Below, one piece after another: positions 39,600 through 52,967 of a stretch of 64,000 nucleotides of DNA. The notes beneath the pieces are model-generated. The model worked only from the letters and a program-made list of their open reading frames with translations. It searched no databases and was not told where the DNA came from. The translations under genes were made by a program, and so were the position numbers. The DNA lies in contig CDRNVI010000002.1 of NCBI GenBank assembly GCA_977017575.1, forward strand, positions 372,001-436,000, in the 5' to 3' direction. Source of the DNA: Paramoeba atlantica. Lineage: Eukaryota; Protista; Discosea. Position 1 is the first letter of the stretch, and every line of letters starts with the position of its first letter.

Positions 39600-40904
39600 A
39601 TCGATCCTCCAAAGCGCGACAAAACACGCAAGTCAAAATCCAATGTTTCTCTTAAAACGTTAGAATCATCGCCAGTAGGATCGAACAGCGCTCAAGGGCC
39701 AAATCAATGCACATCACCGCGGCCAAAGCAAACACCTCCGCCGCCAGCAAACGCCATGCCACCACCGAACACCACGCTAGAGACACAACGAGTCACCGGA
39801 ACACCACCGGACACCACGCAAGACACACAACGAGTCACGTCACCGCGGCCAAAGCAAACACCTCCGCCGCCAACAAGCGCCGCACCACCACCGAAAACAC
39901 CACCGCCGAACACCACGCTAAAGACACAACAAGTCACGTCACCGCGGCCAAAGCACGCAACACCGCCACCGATAACCACGATTCCACCCCCGGACAACGC
40001 ACAAGCCACACGAATCACGTCACCGCCGAAGCACACGAATCCCCCATCATTATCAACAAGAAGCCTCGTCCGTCGCAGAAAAATTTACTTTCCAAGGGAG
40101 CCTAAACCGTCTGAACATCAGGTCGTGATAAATCAGCGCACCACACAGTCACCAATGAACACCACTACACCGTCGGACACCACGCAAAACACCGCGTCGG
40201 ACACCACGCAAGACACACAACGAATCGAGACACAACGAGTCAAGTCACCGCGGCCAAAGCAAACACCTCCGCCGCCGACAAATGTCACCCGAACACCACC
40301 GAACACCACGCTAGAATCACCGAACACTACGCTCGAGACACAACGAGTCACGTCACCGCGGCCAAAGCACGCAATGCCGTTACCAATGAACACGACTCCA
40401 CCACCAGACACCGCACAAGCCACACGAATCATGTCACCTCCGAAGCACACGAACCCCCCATCAATATCAACAAGAAGCCTCGTCCGTCGCAAAAAAATTT
40501 ACTTTGCAAAAGAGCCAAAACCATCTGAACATCAGGTCGTGATAAATCAGCTCACAGGGTTCAAAAACAACGCAACAACATCTACTCCCGTGTCCTACGT
40601 AAGAGCGTTGTCGGCGTCTCCGGAGCGAATAAATTCAAATGAAACGCCCTTGAGTGAAGCAGTCCCGAATGAAGACATTACAAACAAATCTGACCGAAGG
40701 GAAGCTACCCCAAGCGAAGCCAATCCAAGAGCAGCATCGGCTGAAGCACGCGGACGGATAAGCACGCCTGAGGCTAACGAGGTGCATTGGAATGATATGT
40801 CGGACCACAACACAACACCTGTAGCAACTCCCGGGACCAATCATCAACCAAAACATTCTATGATTGTGAGTCTCCAGAAGGGGCGCAGGCTCCGGTCCAA
40901 TTAG
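39600..40904 (+). other. Pro/Thr-rich repeat ORF fragment, probably the low-complexity N-terminus of a CRE subfamily
   Basis: Repeated TQRVTSPRPKQTPPPP and STRSLVRR.KIYF..EPKPSEHQVVINQ blocks; CRE N-termini in this window are similarly Pro-rich. Confidence 0.45.
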
Positions 40905-41216
40905 ATCTTCGAGGCGAAATCAACGAGAACCACGCAGGGGGAAACAATGTAGGGGTAAACAACAGCGATGATGATGACGATGATGATTTGGGCCTTTTGA
41001 CTCCGAAAAGTTATGGCCCCTCAACTCCCCAAACGGGCAGTCCGAATACGTCTTGCGACGTATCCGGAGAGCCAGCCGTAGCAAGCTATGGCTGACCTCC
41101 GCTTGGAGAGGAGTTAAGTTTCCAATATTAAAATATATCAGGAATTCACCCTAGTTTTGTAGTACCTCGTTATATTGGTACCAGGTGGCCCTGATTTGGT
41201 ATTAGGTTGTATGTTT

Positions 41217-41552
41217 CTAAACTTTAGGTTTTCTTATTCGACGCCGTTTTAGTTTTGAGGTTTCCTTATGTATTTCTATTTTTTGATTCCAAATCTTCTT
41301 ACTCTGGGCTTCTTGTTTCCATGTTATCTCCTTCATGTCGATTCTCTCCAAGGCATGTCGCAAAGTTTTCTCATATTGGCTTGGGTTTCCCAGCCGTTCA
41401 ACATCAAATAAAATTTTGTTAGGCATTCTATCTGGACTCATGCGGGCGATGTGTCCTGCTAGTTGAAGTACTCTAGAGTCAATTTTTATTTGCAAACTTT
41501 CTATCCCTGAAATGGAAAGTATTTCTTCGTAAGTATAAATTTTTCCAACAGC
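41217..41552 (-). mobile_element. C-terminal fragment of an RTE/ingi-type LINE
   Basis: LAGHIARMSPDRMPNKILF ... W..EAQSKKIW pattern. Confidence 0.65.
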
Positions 41553-44500
41553 GATGGAAACACAATCGATCAAGACGAAATCATTCACACACTTGTCCAA
41601 ACAATTAATCCTACAGAGCAATTCCCGCTTCCCCCCGATGAAGTATACGAGCGATCAAACGGAGTCAAAATCGGAGATACGTGCGTCATTGCCTGGAGCT
41701 TCGATTGCAACCCCCTGCTTAACGTGTCGAAAGGAGTGGTAAAAAGTGTTCAAAAGCGTATGAATGCCGCAGGCATGAGGAAGATTACAATGGAATACGT
41801 CGGACTGCATGGACACAAAGTAGGGGATAAATTTCCAGGCCACATACCACCACACGCAAACGTGCGCATTTTCAGGATAAACTGGGCTTCAGAAAACAGC
41901 ACAGAGGATTCAACTAAATCACGCAGTACCAAGCGAGCTTCCTATCACACCGAAACTGACTTAGACCTAGAGCCAATGCCAACCATGCGTTCAGTCGGCC
42001 CAGATTTTACTCCGTGCGTAGTCGCGATCTACCGCGATATAGTCCGGGAGTATGCTGAAAGCACTTATCCCCACCGGAACCGCATTTGGAATAAGGTCCT
42101 CTCGGCCATGAAATACTCTCTGGCCACCATTCGTAAAGTGAGCACAAAGCGCCGCCGACGTAGACCCATTGGAGAACTGCAGCCACAAGGGAACGACCCG
42201 AAGGATCAAAGCGCGATAAACGATAAGCGAGCAATCAAAAAAGCAGTGAGCCAACTTCACGCCGTTATTAAGAGCACATCCGGAGTGCGACAAGGCTCTG
42301 CCCTCTCTTCTCTATACTTCTGTGCCCTGCTCCAAGATGCGCTAGTTGAAGTCGCCAAGCTGTTTCCTGACGTGAAAATCCGAGCGTACATGGATGATGT
42401 CACTATGTCGTCGAAAAATCAATCATGCCTAGAGGCTGCATTCTTACACCTCCGCGAACTATCTGCCGACTTAGCGCTTAAAATTAATTTTACAAAATCG
42501 GAGTGGTTTAACAAAGAAATAGATAACGCGACGAACGAGCTTCCATCCACACTTCGATCTTTAGGTGTAGCCCAACGCGAAGATGTTATCAAAATCCTCG
42601 GTGCCTACATTGGAGAACACAATAAAGTCAGCGATCGGCTCGTTGGAAAACTTGAAAAGCACAAATGTCTGTTCCGAAGGTTAAGGAAAATGGGGCCCAG
42701 CAACATTTCTTTGGCAATGCTCCAACGATCTGCACTCCCGCGTAATGACTATCATCTACGAGTTCACCGACCGGCCGACTCCTTACTCATTGCACAACAT
42801 TTCGATAAAGAGATCGACAGCATAGTTTCGCACTGGTTTTTTGCTGATACTTCCTCAACGCAACTAGCCTCGCTTCCACAGCACCTTGGAGGACTAGGTT
42901 TGACTCCCTCCGTCTTGAAACATCGCTATTCTTTTGACACAGCATCCAAGTCTATTGACGAGCAAATGAAAACCACAAAAGCTCCGGTAGACTTGCGCAA
43001 GTCAAAGACTTCCAAGTTTGGGGACAGTGGCATCATAAAACCATCACCGAAACAACAGGCAGCCCGAACTCAAGCGATGAAGGCATTAAAACAGGAACAG
43101 AAGAAACTGGCAACGGAGCTACGCAAAGACTTACGACTCGACTCCATACTTAAGCTAACTACATCCTCTTTTCGTCATTTACAGTCTACGTCCGGTTACG
43201 TCAATCCGTACCTCTTCCGATATGCTATTATGATGCGATTGGGGATCAAACCTCCAACATTGACAGATAAGCTTGACTGTCCTGGCTGCGCCGCCGAAAT
43301 CAGCTCCTATGATATCTTCCAACACATTGTTGGGTGTACGAAATGTAACGGAATGAACGCCACCAGAAAGCATTCTTATCTCGTCAGGTTCCTTGCGTCA
43401 CTCTGTTCTAAAGCTGGTGTTCCCTGTGTAGTGGAGCCGCGCTCGCATGCCTCCTTCTACTGCATGAAGTACAAGGCTCACATTTCCGAGGGAGCGATAG
43501 ACAAACACCCTTGCCGAGCCCGAAGAATAAGATCAGGCCCTGATCTCGGAATCATGTGGCCTCACATGGGTGAAGTGCTATATGACCTTACAGTAGTTCA
43601 TACTGGAAGCCCTAGTTACCGTAAAATGACGGAAGCTCAGTTACTGCAGAACGCCATTGAGAGAAAACAGAAAAAGTACGTTCTATCTGGTGGAGTAGAT
43701 GAAGATTATTTTAGATGCCTACCAATGACAGAGAGTGGTTATCTTCATGAAAACACACGCAAACTATTAACATCTTTAGCCAAAAAAGCAAACCTAGATA
43801 TATGTGAAGTCACCGAAGCTTTTCAACTTGAGATTGAAAAGCTGAATGCATACACTATTGTCACGCAGTTACGTGACAGCCTGCCAAAGGCCGTCTGGCT
43901 AGGCTCGATAAAAGCGCAATAATTTATAATAGTAATTGGAATTCTTATTACTCAGAATATTTGGGCCAGCGAATAAGTTAGTAGTTTACAATGTCGAAGT
44001 TTCAATGTCGAACGTTGGACGAGGTACGACATTGTAGTTTACGGTTAAGGCCATCTTTTTGTTAAGACCATCTTTTTGTTAAGAGATCCCACGTTATCTC
44101 CGAACTGGGCTGATCACGGCGTACATGAGAATCCTCCTGAAGACCATCGTTTTTTGTAAGACCATCGTTTTTTGTAAGACCATCGTGAGCCTGGTATTAG
44201 ACGGTTGTGTTTCAAAGGCGTCTCAGCTGCTAGACCAGGAAATAAGAGCGAAGGTCCTAAGCGACGCTTAAACTTTCCAAAAATTGCGCGAACTGCACCC
44301 GGAGATACCTACAACGTTCCGACTACCCAGTGATGCACCAATAACGGCGTGCATCGACCCACTCGAGCTGCGAGAAGCAGGGAGACGGATGGCAAAAGTC
44401 GCAGCGCCTGGCCCCACAGGAACCACCGATTCCATATTGCGAATGCTCCTAGACGATGAAATATGCTGCTTAAGCCTTTCGCATATGATGACCGACCTGA

Positions 44501-45381
44501 TCAACGGATCGCTGTCCAAAGAGGTCATGAAACGACTACTACGTGCGCGAATTGTCGCAATACCCAAGCCTGATCAAGGTGTACGCCCGGTAGCTGTAGG
44601 GGAAGTATGGCTAAAACTTGCGGAAATAGTTCTGCTCCAACGTCACGAGAAAAAACTAACTCCACTTTTCGTACCTCTGCAATACGGAGTAATGATCAAG
44701 TCCGGGTGCGAAAAAGTAGTTCACGAGCTTGCAGAACGATACTCGGAAGGTTGCGCGATTTTGTCTATTGATCTCCAAAATGCATTCAACTCGCCATCCC
44801 GGGACGATATCGCAAGAGCTGTGTTTGGCCAATGCACTCTCAGACCGTTCCAGCGCTTGTTCTACGCAGAGTATGGAACCCCCTCTGAGCTTTTGTACTA
44901 TGGTAGGGACGGAGAGCTATTCGACGTGTTGTCCAGCTCTGCAGGAGTACGCCAAGGGTCGCCCTTGTCAACAATCTTATTCTGCGCATTCCTGCAGCCA
45001 GTTTTGGAAACTATTAAAGCCGAGTACCCACAGATGCACGTTTATGCTTTTATCGACGATAGGAATTTTGCATCGAAAGACACCGTACTTTTGACAAGTG
45101 CATTCGCAAGACTTAAAGAATTACTTCAACAGAGGCTTATCGAACTGTCTCCCACCAAATGTTTATGGCTTGAAGGTACCAATCACATTTGCATCCCGAA
45201 CGAACTACGCGAACAAGGGATAAAAACGGAGTCACATGCCATGAAAGTATTGGGTGCGTACGTGGGAGATGCCACTGAGGTAAAAGGGCAATTGTTATTG
45301 AAGCTGAAAAAGCATCGAACCGCCTTCCGCCGCCTCGAACAAATGGGCGCCAGCAACATATCCCTTCTTCTACTATCTAAT
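41553..45381 (+). mobile_element. CRE copy A (41553-42251 + 44185-45381), split by nested CRE copy B
   Basis: RAIKKAVS|LVLDGCVSKA rejoins across the insert; RT QGSPLS and FIDD; truncated at 45381. Confidence 0.85.
42252..44184 (+). mobile_element. 5'-truncated CRE copy B with GTGAGC target-site duplication
   Basis: GTGAGC at 42246-42251 and 44185-44190; QGSALS, YMDD, CPGC, SGPD, stop 43922, 3'UTR ending in AAGACCATC(G)TTTTT(T)GT repeats. Confidence 0.88.
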
Positions 45382-45546
45382 TGAAGTCTACGGAAAGAAT
45401 TTTGCTAGAAGATTATATAGGTTATTGAGATGATTTTATAGCATAGTGATTGTATTTCATATGTTCAAGTTGATATGTAGAATATTGGTTCATACGTTTT
45501 CATCTGTGCGTATAGATTTTATTCTCGCTTTACGAACAAAAAAGAA

Positions 45547-48500
45547 ATGGTACTACCGTCTACGAGGGATTTAGTTGCGCGTACTCGGAGCAGCTCTCCG
45601 TTAGAAAGTCTACATCGTGAGGAATCGCAACGCGAAGAACAACGTGAAGATGGAGGTCGAAAAAACCCGTTGAATGTCAATCGTATGCGTGCCATTTGTA
45701 CTCGAATTCGGGAGTTCCTTATGTTGATGCCGGGAGAAAGTCCCGCTCTTGGCATTACCGCGGAGTGGAAACGGAAAGACTCGCCTAATTCAGAGATTCG
45801 TAAGACGACGGCAAAAGTTCGCAAGGAAGGTTTGGACCTATGGGAAAATGAAGCAAGTAAGGAATATCCGTTTCCGCATCCTGACATGAATTATTATGAT
45901 ATTGAAATTGATTCGGAAATTAACCAGGAACAAATGGAAGAGGAAGCCCAAGTGGAGAATGAGATTGGTGAGCACATGGACCCCAATAATTTGGATCCGT
46001 ACGAGCCCATCACTTTCGAGGCATGGATTATGTCGGCGGACAAATTCAAAGTGCGAGATTTGATACGGGAGTTGAAAGATGCGCCTGAATTCGGTTTACG
46101 CATAGATCAATTCTTTGTGGATCGAACCTTTATCAAACAACAAGAACGGAATTTTGAGAACCTTTTCGTAAAGTGGATCATCTACGCTCGATAAACCCCG
46201 AATTGGAACAAAGGCACATATCTGGAAATCGGTAAAGGTATCATACAACTCTTACGCGACTCATACTGGAAGGCACGAAGAATGGATGTGGAAGCGGTGC
46301 ACCAGAAAATGAGCAAAGATGAACGTCCTCAAGATAAATTTTACCAGCACATTGCAGAGCAGATGGAGGAGCGTAACAAGCAGTGGAACAAAAGTGTGTC
46401 TATGCGAGGACGGGGACGAGGATTTCGCGGTGGAATGACCAGTTATCGAGGGCGAAGCTACGCTCAGAATGAATTATTATGCTATCATTGTCGTGAACCG
46501 GGGCATATGCAACGATTTTGTCCTGCATTGAAGAAAGAACAAGAGGATTTTCGTCGCAGGGTGACTGGCCCTGCCGAACAAGGCAGCAAAAGGTATTAGG
46601 AATACCACACCCAAACGGCCAGTATGAAATCTGCAAGAACATCGCGAGGAAACAAGAAACGTTTATTGAACCAGAAACCAATCAATCTGCAAGTAACAAA
46701 CAAGAGGAAGCCAGCAAGCACTTTCGAACGAATCTCGAAACATCGAAAGCTGGATGCACCATGTGTGAAATGCACGAAAGGCAGACCGCTCTCTTCTATG
46801 AAATTGTATGGAGGTACTTTGAGCTTACAAACCAATTGGCATGCAAAGCAGGATTTGCTGAAGCACATGATAGGAATAAAAGAAATTACACCTCAAATCA
46901 AATACGCCATGGATGCGATGTCCCAGACATGGACGAACGGCACATGGAACACAAGAAGCAGGCTATGGGAAAAATTGAGCACATTTTGCCGGTGGCGAAA
47001 CATAGATGTCAATCCGATTCATGCTGTAGCGTTCTTAACACAGCTGCCGATAGCGTTCCAAACAAAGTTGACGTACGCCAGGAACTTACAAACATTGCTC
47101 AACCTCATGACAGCAAACACACTACCCCTAAAGCTATATTGCCGCGCACTACAAGCACAGGGAGCCGAAGAACCAATCCACCAAATGAAGCCATTAACAC
47201 CAGAGCTATTAAAACACACCAGAAGCCGCTTACCTCACCGAGAAAGTCTTGCGCTTCTGCTGTCGTGGAAAGCAGCGGCACGATGGTCCGAAACAGCGGC
47301 TCTGACAAGGGACAGATTTGTGGAGGTGAACAATCATCAAGTAGTCATACGGTGGGGGAGAATGACGAAAGCTTCACGATACAATCCTTACCGGCGGTCG
47401 ATGTACACAGTTGTGACGGGACCCGGTACATCAGAGATAGCAAATTTTGTAAGGACCTTAAAGCGGCACCAACCCTTGACAGAAACGACAGTAAGACAAA
47501 TGGACCGTCTTTTAGTCCAAATACTGGGGCCAGGATACGGCACCCATTCAGTGAAACGCGGCGCAGTTACTCATCTGTTCAAAGAAGTGGCCAAGGGAGA
47601 AATACCGTTGGAAACGGTGCAAACGCTAGCCAATCATCAGGAAGTAAGCTCTCTACTCAGGTACAATGCGGATCCCATAACGACAGCGTTGGCCCTCGGA
47701 ACACAACAAGCCACGCAGAAGCTGCCGACGCATTAGAGGAGGAGCAAGCATACCGCCAGTTTATGCGGGATATCCCGTATATCAAGACCAAGTATACAAT
47801 ATTACGAACGAGAAGGTCTTCTAAAGTTGCAAGTAAGGTTGACATGAAAATTCCTTTGCATGTAAAACATGGAATTCCACGTATGGACGTGGATAAAGTA
47901 TTTGACTTATTGAACAATGAGGCCAAAGAAAGGTATAATAAGTTGTGGAAGATGATATGCTCGACCGAGGGTTCTGTAAGCGTAGGCAGTCAAGGAATTC
48001 AGGACAAATCAGTTTCGACTATGTTTTTGTGCGACAGCGATGTGATGAGTTTGATAGAAACGGGCGTTGTGTCCAAGGTAACGCCGGAAGACCTTACATC
48101 ACGACCGACCATTCAAATCATTTTACCATTTACTGTTATTGAAACCGATGAGCATGATACACTTGAATGTCGTCGATTTATTGCATGGTGTAAGGAGGAT
48201 AATGAACGATTAAAAGATTTGTACGTCCCGTATGTGCCGTTGCGACATGGATCATACTATCTACATCGGGCTAGTTACGAGTTTGGACTAAAGAGAGATC
48301 TTGCGTGTGGCTTCTATCAAATACGACTTCCCGAACATGCACGTGCCAAATTTAGGTTCTCAGATAAGGAAGGAGCGACATACGAATTAAATGTATTGCC
48401 CATGGGCCACAGATGTGCCCCAGAACTAATGCACATGATCACAGCTGCTCTCGCAGGCGACCCCAATTACTGCAACAGAGAACAAAGCTTTACAACAAGT

Positions 48501-48877
48501 GCTTTGGATATATACATTGATGGATTTCGGTGTGCAGGGGATTACGATGCAGTCAAGAAGTTCGGAGATTTTGTCAATAAAAGGGCGGTTTTCATTGGGG
48601 CAAAATATAAGGATGCAGAAGAAGAACCTAAAAAACAATACGTCTTTAATGGCGTGCACTATGATCATCGTACTGCGAAAGTTTGTCTGGCGCCAAAAAT
48701 TATTCATCGGTTATCAAAGGATATCTACTTTGGAATTTCGTATGGACAGTTGGAGTCATCTGTAGGAAGATTACTTCACGCATCAATGGTTTTGCGGAAA
48801 TCGATTCCGGAGCATCATTTTGCTTTGAAGTTAGTAAGAAGGCGCATTAACGCTTTAAACCGTGATCCAAAACTTTT
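45547..48877 (+). mobile_element. VIPER-like YR retrotransposon copy 1 (gag 45547-46599, YR 46624-47736, RT truncated ~48877)
   Basis: CYHCREPGHMQRFC knuckle (gag has a stop at 46192); AARWSE, GRMTK, HSVKRGA, LLRY; RDLACGFYQ, LPMGHRCAPE, YIDG. Confidence 0.85.
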
Positions 48878-48917
48878 GTACCCTTCTTACTTTCTTTTAC
48901 CCTTTTCAAATTGCGTT

Positions 48918-51900
48918 ATGACCAGCATTCTTAATACTGTTCGTCGCACGCTGTCGATGGGGAGGCCACAGAGTCCTATACGAGAAGATCCGGCATCTCC
49001 CAACCCTGTCGATCCGAGTCTGCAATACGGGGGACAACGTACGACGCTGAACCCGGAGCAAGTGGCGGCTTTGCTTAGGGGGGGAACAGGCTCTGCAGCG
49101 ATGTCTGACGAGGATAAGGCGGAATTCGCGCAAAAAGTCCGGACTTTGATCCTTAAGGGTTACGATGTGTCTGTAGAAGCCGTGTGGGGTCACCATGGGG
49201 ATGCAGTGCGCGAAACTGTGATTGGCAACGTTCGTCTGAAATCCGACGATTCAGGAGGCATTGAAGCCGTTTGGAACGATGATCCCGGCATGGCATACGA
49301 CTTTCCTTTTCCAGACATCGAATATTATTCGTTGGAAATTACCCGGGTGCGAGCAAAGATGCCTGGAGGGCGCAAAGCGGACGAAGAACCTAAGACTCCT
49401 AATGCGCCTATCACCGATCCGGCTCGTTTCACCGCAAACGATCCTCTAACATGGGGCCCGTGGCTAGAATCCGAGGATGAGTTACGCGTACGAGACCTTA
49501 TCCGTGATTTACGCGTCCATCCTGAATTTGGTTTGTTACTGAACGCTCCTCCTATCCGTGAACGTCTATCTAAAATAGTCCAAGAGTGGATCCAAGCGGC
49601 ACGAGTTTTTCCCCTATGGCGAGAGGAACATTTTCTCGAAATCGTACGCACAGCCATCGAAGAACTGCGAAACCACTATTGGGCCTCATCCGGAATTCAA
49701 GTCGAACGTGTACAATTAAAACTCCACAAGGATGATGACACTAAGGATGCGTACTCGAAGGCAGTTGCGGAGGAAAAGCTGCGCCACATGAGTGTTTCAA
49801 AAATCGCCACTAATCGCCCGGCCTTTCTTTGCTATCGATGCCACAAGCCAGGTCACTTTCGCGCCAACTGCCCATTAAATCAATCTTCTACGCGTTCGAC
49901 CCCGGGTTTTCGGGGCGGGGTGACGAGCGGCACAACAGGTGCAAAGAGGAGCCAATAGGCCAGGTTCCCCACCCCTTATATCGCTCGTGCCTGTCCGCTG
50001 AAGAAGCGGCGGGTGATTTATCCAGGTATATTCTGCAATTCATCACTGCACTCTGCAGGGAAGGTGCGTGCCTTCACGGCATGTCACGGAACGGTACTGC
50101 ATTCGCCACGGAATCCGGTGGCGGAATTAACGACAAAGTCAAATATCCCTCAAGCCAAACGCCAACGCCTGCAACCGCAAGCCAAAGAACCTCAAGAAAT
50201 GCGTCCCGCGGGAGACAACACCAGGGAAACAAAATTGCGCTCAGTCCAGCAAAAACTAACATATACAATTCTAAATCTACCGCCTCTGAGTCCTATCGCA
50301 CGTCAGATTCAAAGCGCAATCAATCCAATGTGGATAAATGCTACATGGCTAACGAGGGCGCGACTTTGGGAAAGACTGGGAAAGTTTTGTCTACAAAGCG
50401 GTTTTCCGCGAGATCCAGTACACGCCGTCCTTTTCTTAAATCAACTCGATCTCGCACCAGCAACACTGTTAAGCTACACCCGAAATCTCCAGACGGTGTT
50501 TCAACTAAGCCAAAAGGATCCAATCCCACTCAAAATGTTCGCGAAAGCCCTACAAGCAAGGGGGGCTCTCGAGCCTACTCGTCAGATGGAACCGATTACT
50601 CCATGGCAGCTGCGCCGGCTCAGGGAAAAATTGTCGTTAAGCGAAGGGATAGCCGCCTTGATTTGTTGGAAGGCTGCGGCCAGATGGACAGAGGTGGCCG
50701 AACTGACTCTGGAACGATTTGTGTGACATCAACCAAACGAAGTAATAATTTATTGGGGGAGGAATACAAAATCGACGCGTCTCAACCCGTACCGGCTATC
50801 GATGTGCACAGCGATCCAAGGGGAAGGAACTCAGGAGATCGCAAATTACGTCCAATTCATGGGGGAAGGCCAACGCATAGCGAGTACAACGGTTCGGGAG
50901 ATGGACCGAAAGATGCAGAGGATTCTAGGTCCGGGATTTGGAACACATTCCCTGAAGCGCGGCGCGATAACTCACCTTTTCAGCGAGGTGGCGCACGGAC
51001 ACGTCGCTCTCTCCGACGTTCAAAACATAGCAAAGCATCAATGCATAAACTCCCTCTTGCGATACAACGGCAACCTTATTACGACGGCGAAAGCCCTCGG
51101 TACTCAGCGAGCTTCGGTTCTCCTCCCAATACAATGACTCAAAAGGATGTAAATCTTTGTTTTGATCAAATACCGCACGTTCGACGATACAGCATTATTT
51201 GCGCGCGCCGTACATCCCGTCTTGCACGTACCGAAGATATGGACCTTCCCCTACACGTTAAAGTTGGAATACCCGTTATGGATGTACAAAAAGTAAAGAA
51301 TTGGATGAGCCCTGAAGCGCGCCGCCGGCTTGAAACGGTAATAGGTGAATTATTTAATACACGACTAGGAGCCCAACCAGAGCCTTCAACAAAAGGTAAT
51401 CTTGTAAATGCCGACATCACGGGTTTACTTGAAGCCGGAGTGATAGAAAGAGTGGAGGAGGACGACATACGCCGGTATCCAACGCTGCAATACGTAATTC
51501 CATTCACGGTAGTCGAATCCGACGAGGAAGGCAACGATAGGCGCCGTTTCATATCATGGACCAAGGATGATAACTTGCGATTAAAAGACTACAAGTCAGA
51601 CGTGCCTTTGTTGCATCCTTCTCGTTATCTCCATGAGGCTGCCGAAGAAGCGGGGGTGAAGCGCGATCTCCGATGTGGATTTTATCAAGTTCCAATTCCG
51701 CGCCAGGCTCGTGCCAAATTTCGCTTTCGAGATCTAAATGGCGTCTTACACCAGATGAAGGTTATGCCAATGGGGCACCGATGCGCCCCTGAAATTATGA
51801 ACAAGATTACAGCTACACTAGCAGGCGATCTGGCGGTATGCAAACCCGAACTAGTTTCATGCATTGGATCTGTGGACGTCTATATAGACGGGATTCGTTT

Positions 51901-52735
51901 CGCAGGATCTCGAGAACAAGCTGATAAATTTGTGAAATTCGTGGATTCACGGTGTAAGGAAGTGGGAGGTTTGTTCAAGGAGGCTGGTTTTGACCCCTCC
52001 ACTGAATATGTTTTTAACGGCGTCTTCTACAATCACGTAACCCATAAGGTCAACCTGGGGCCTAGGGTTATACGGAAAATGTCACGAGATCGGTTTCGTA
52101 ATATTATGTACTCTCAATTGGAGACGGCGGTGGGGCGCCTCCTCTATGCAGCAGCGGTCTTGGGTCATATTATTCCAGACTATCATTTCCCCTTAAAGAT
52201 TGTTAGACGACGTATCAATGAGTTAAACCGATGCCCCGAACTCGCACATCAACCGGTTCCTCTTCCGACAGCCACCCGATCGATTCTCGCGAATTGGCGT
52301 GATATCATTTTGGTCAATGAGCCTATATCACCACCTCCGCATCCTGACGTTGTCCCGCATAAACACCGACTGTACACGGATGCGTCAGCTAAAGGATGGG
52401 GCGCGGTTCTTTACCGGGACGACGGACAAGTGATTATTGTTGGCGATAAATGGCAACCTGAGTTCAAATACGAAGTGAATCACGCTGAGGCGATGGCCGT
52501 TCGACTTGCGTTTGAAAAACTGACACACCACTTTCAAAAAGGAACCTGTGTTGATTTGTTTATTGACAACACCTCTTGCCAAGCAGCATTCAACCGCAAG
52601 ATCGCGAAATCCGACAGTATTGCCGGAGAGCTCAAGCGTGTGTTGAAGACAAATCAGAACCTTGGCGTATGTATCATGGCACGTTATGTGAGATCTGCCG
52701 AAAACCCAGCGGACCCTATCAGCCGCACCGGATAA
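48918..52735 (+). mobile_element. VIPER-like YR retrotransposon copy 2 (gag 48918-49958, YR to 51137 with TGA at 50724, RT-RNase H to 52735)
   Basis: CYRCHKPGHFRANC; AARWTE, HSLKRGA, LLRY; RDLRCGFYQ, MPMGHRCAPE, YIDG; RNase H LYTDAS, EVNHAE, FIDN, NPAD. Confidence 0.9.
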
Positions 52736-52967
52736 GCATGTATACATACATGTATGGAAACTCGCATAGGTATGAATGTACCATTAATTAGTAAGACTCA
52801 TTATATAGAATCAAAAAAAAAAATTAGCTATATAGAAAATATATACTATTCAATTTTATTACGCGGTAGGAATTCTTGAAAAACGTTACGAGTTTTTAGT
52901 AATTGGCCGCCACCATTTGCTACAAACACGTGCGCGCGGGAGTTTGGATTACGGGCGAACGGGTTGG

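Noticed and set aside
41724-43922. Internally deleted CRE
   Set aside because: The GTGAGC TSD and resumption at 44185 show a nested insertion instead.
46518-49958. 1146-aa ORF as one real protein
   Set aside because: Chance in-frame fusion of truncated RT (copy 1) to gag of copy 2 at ~48880-48918.
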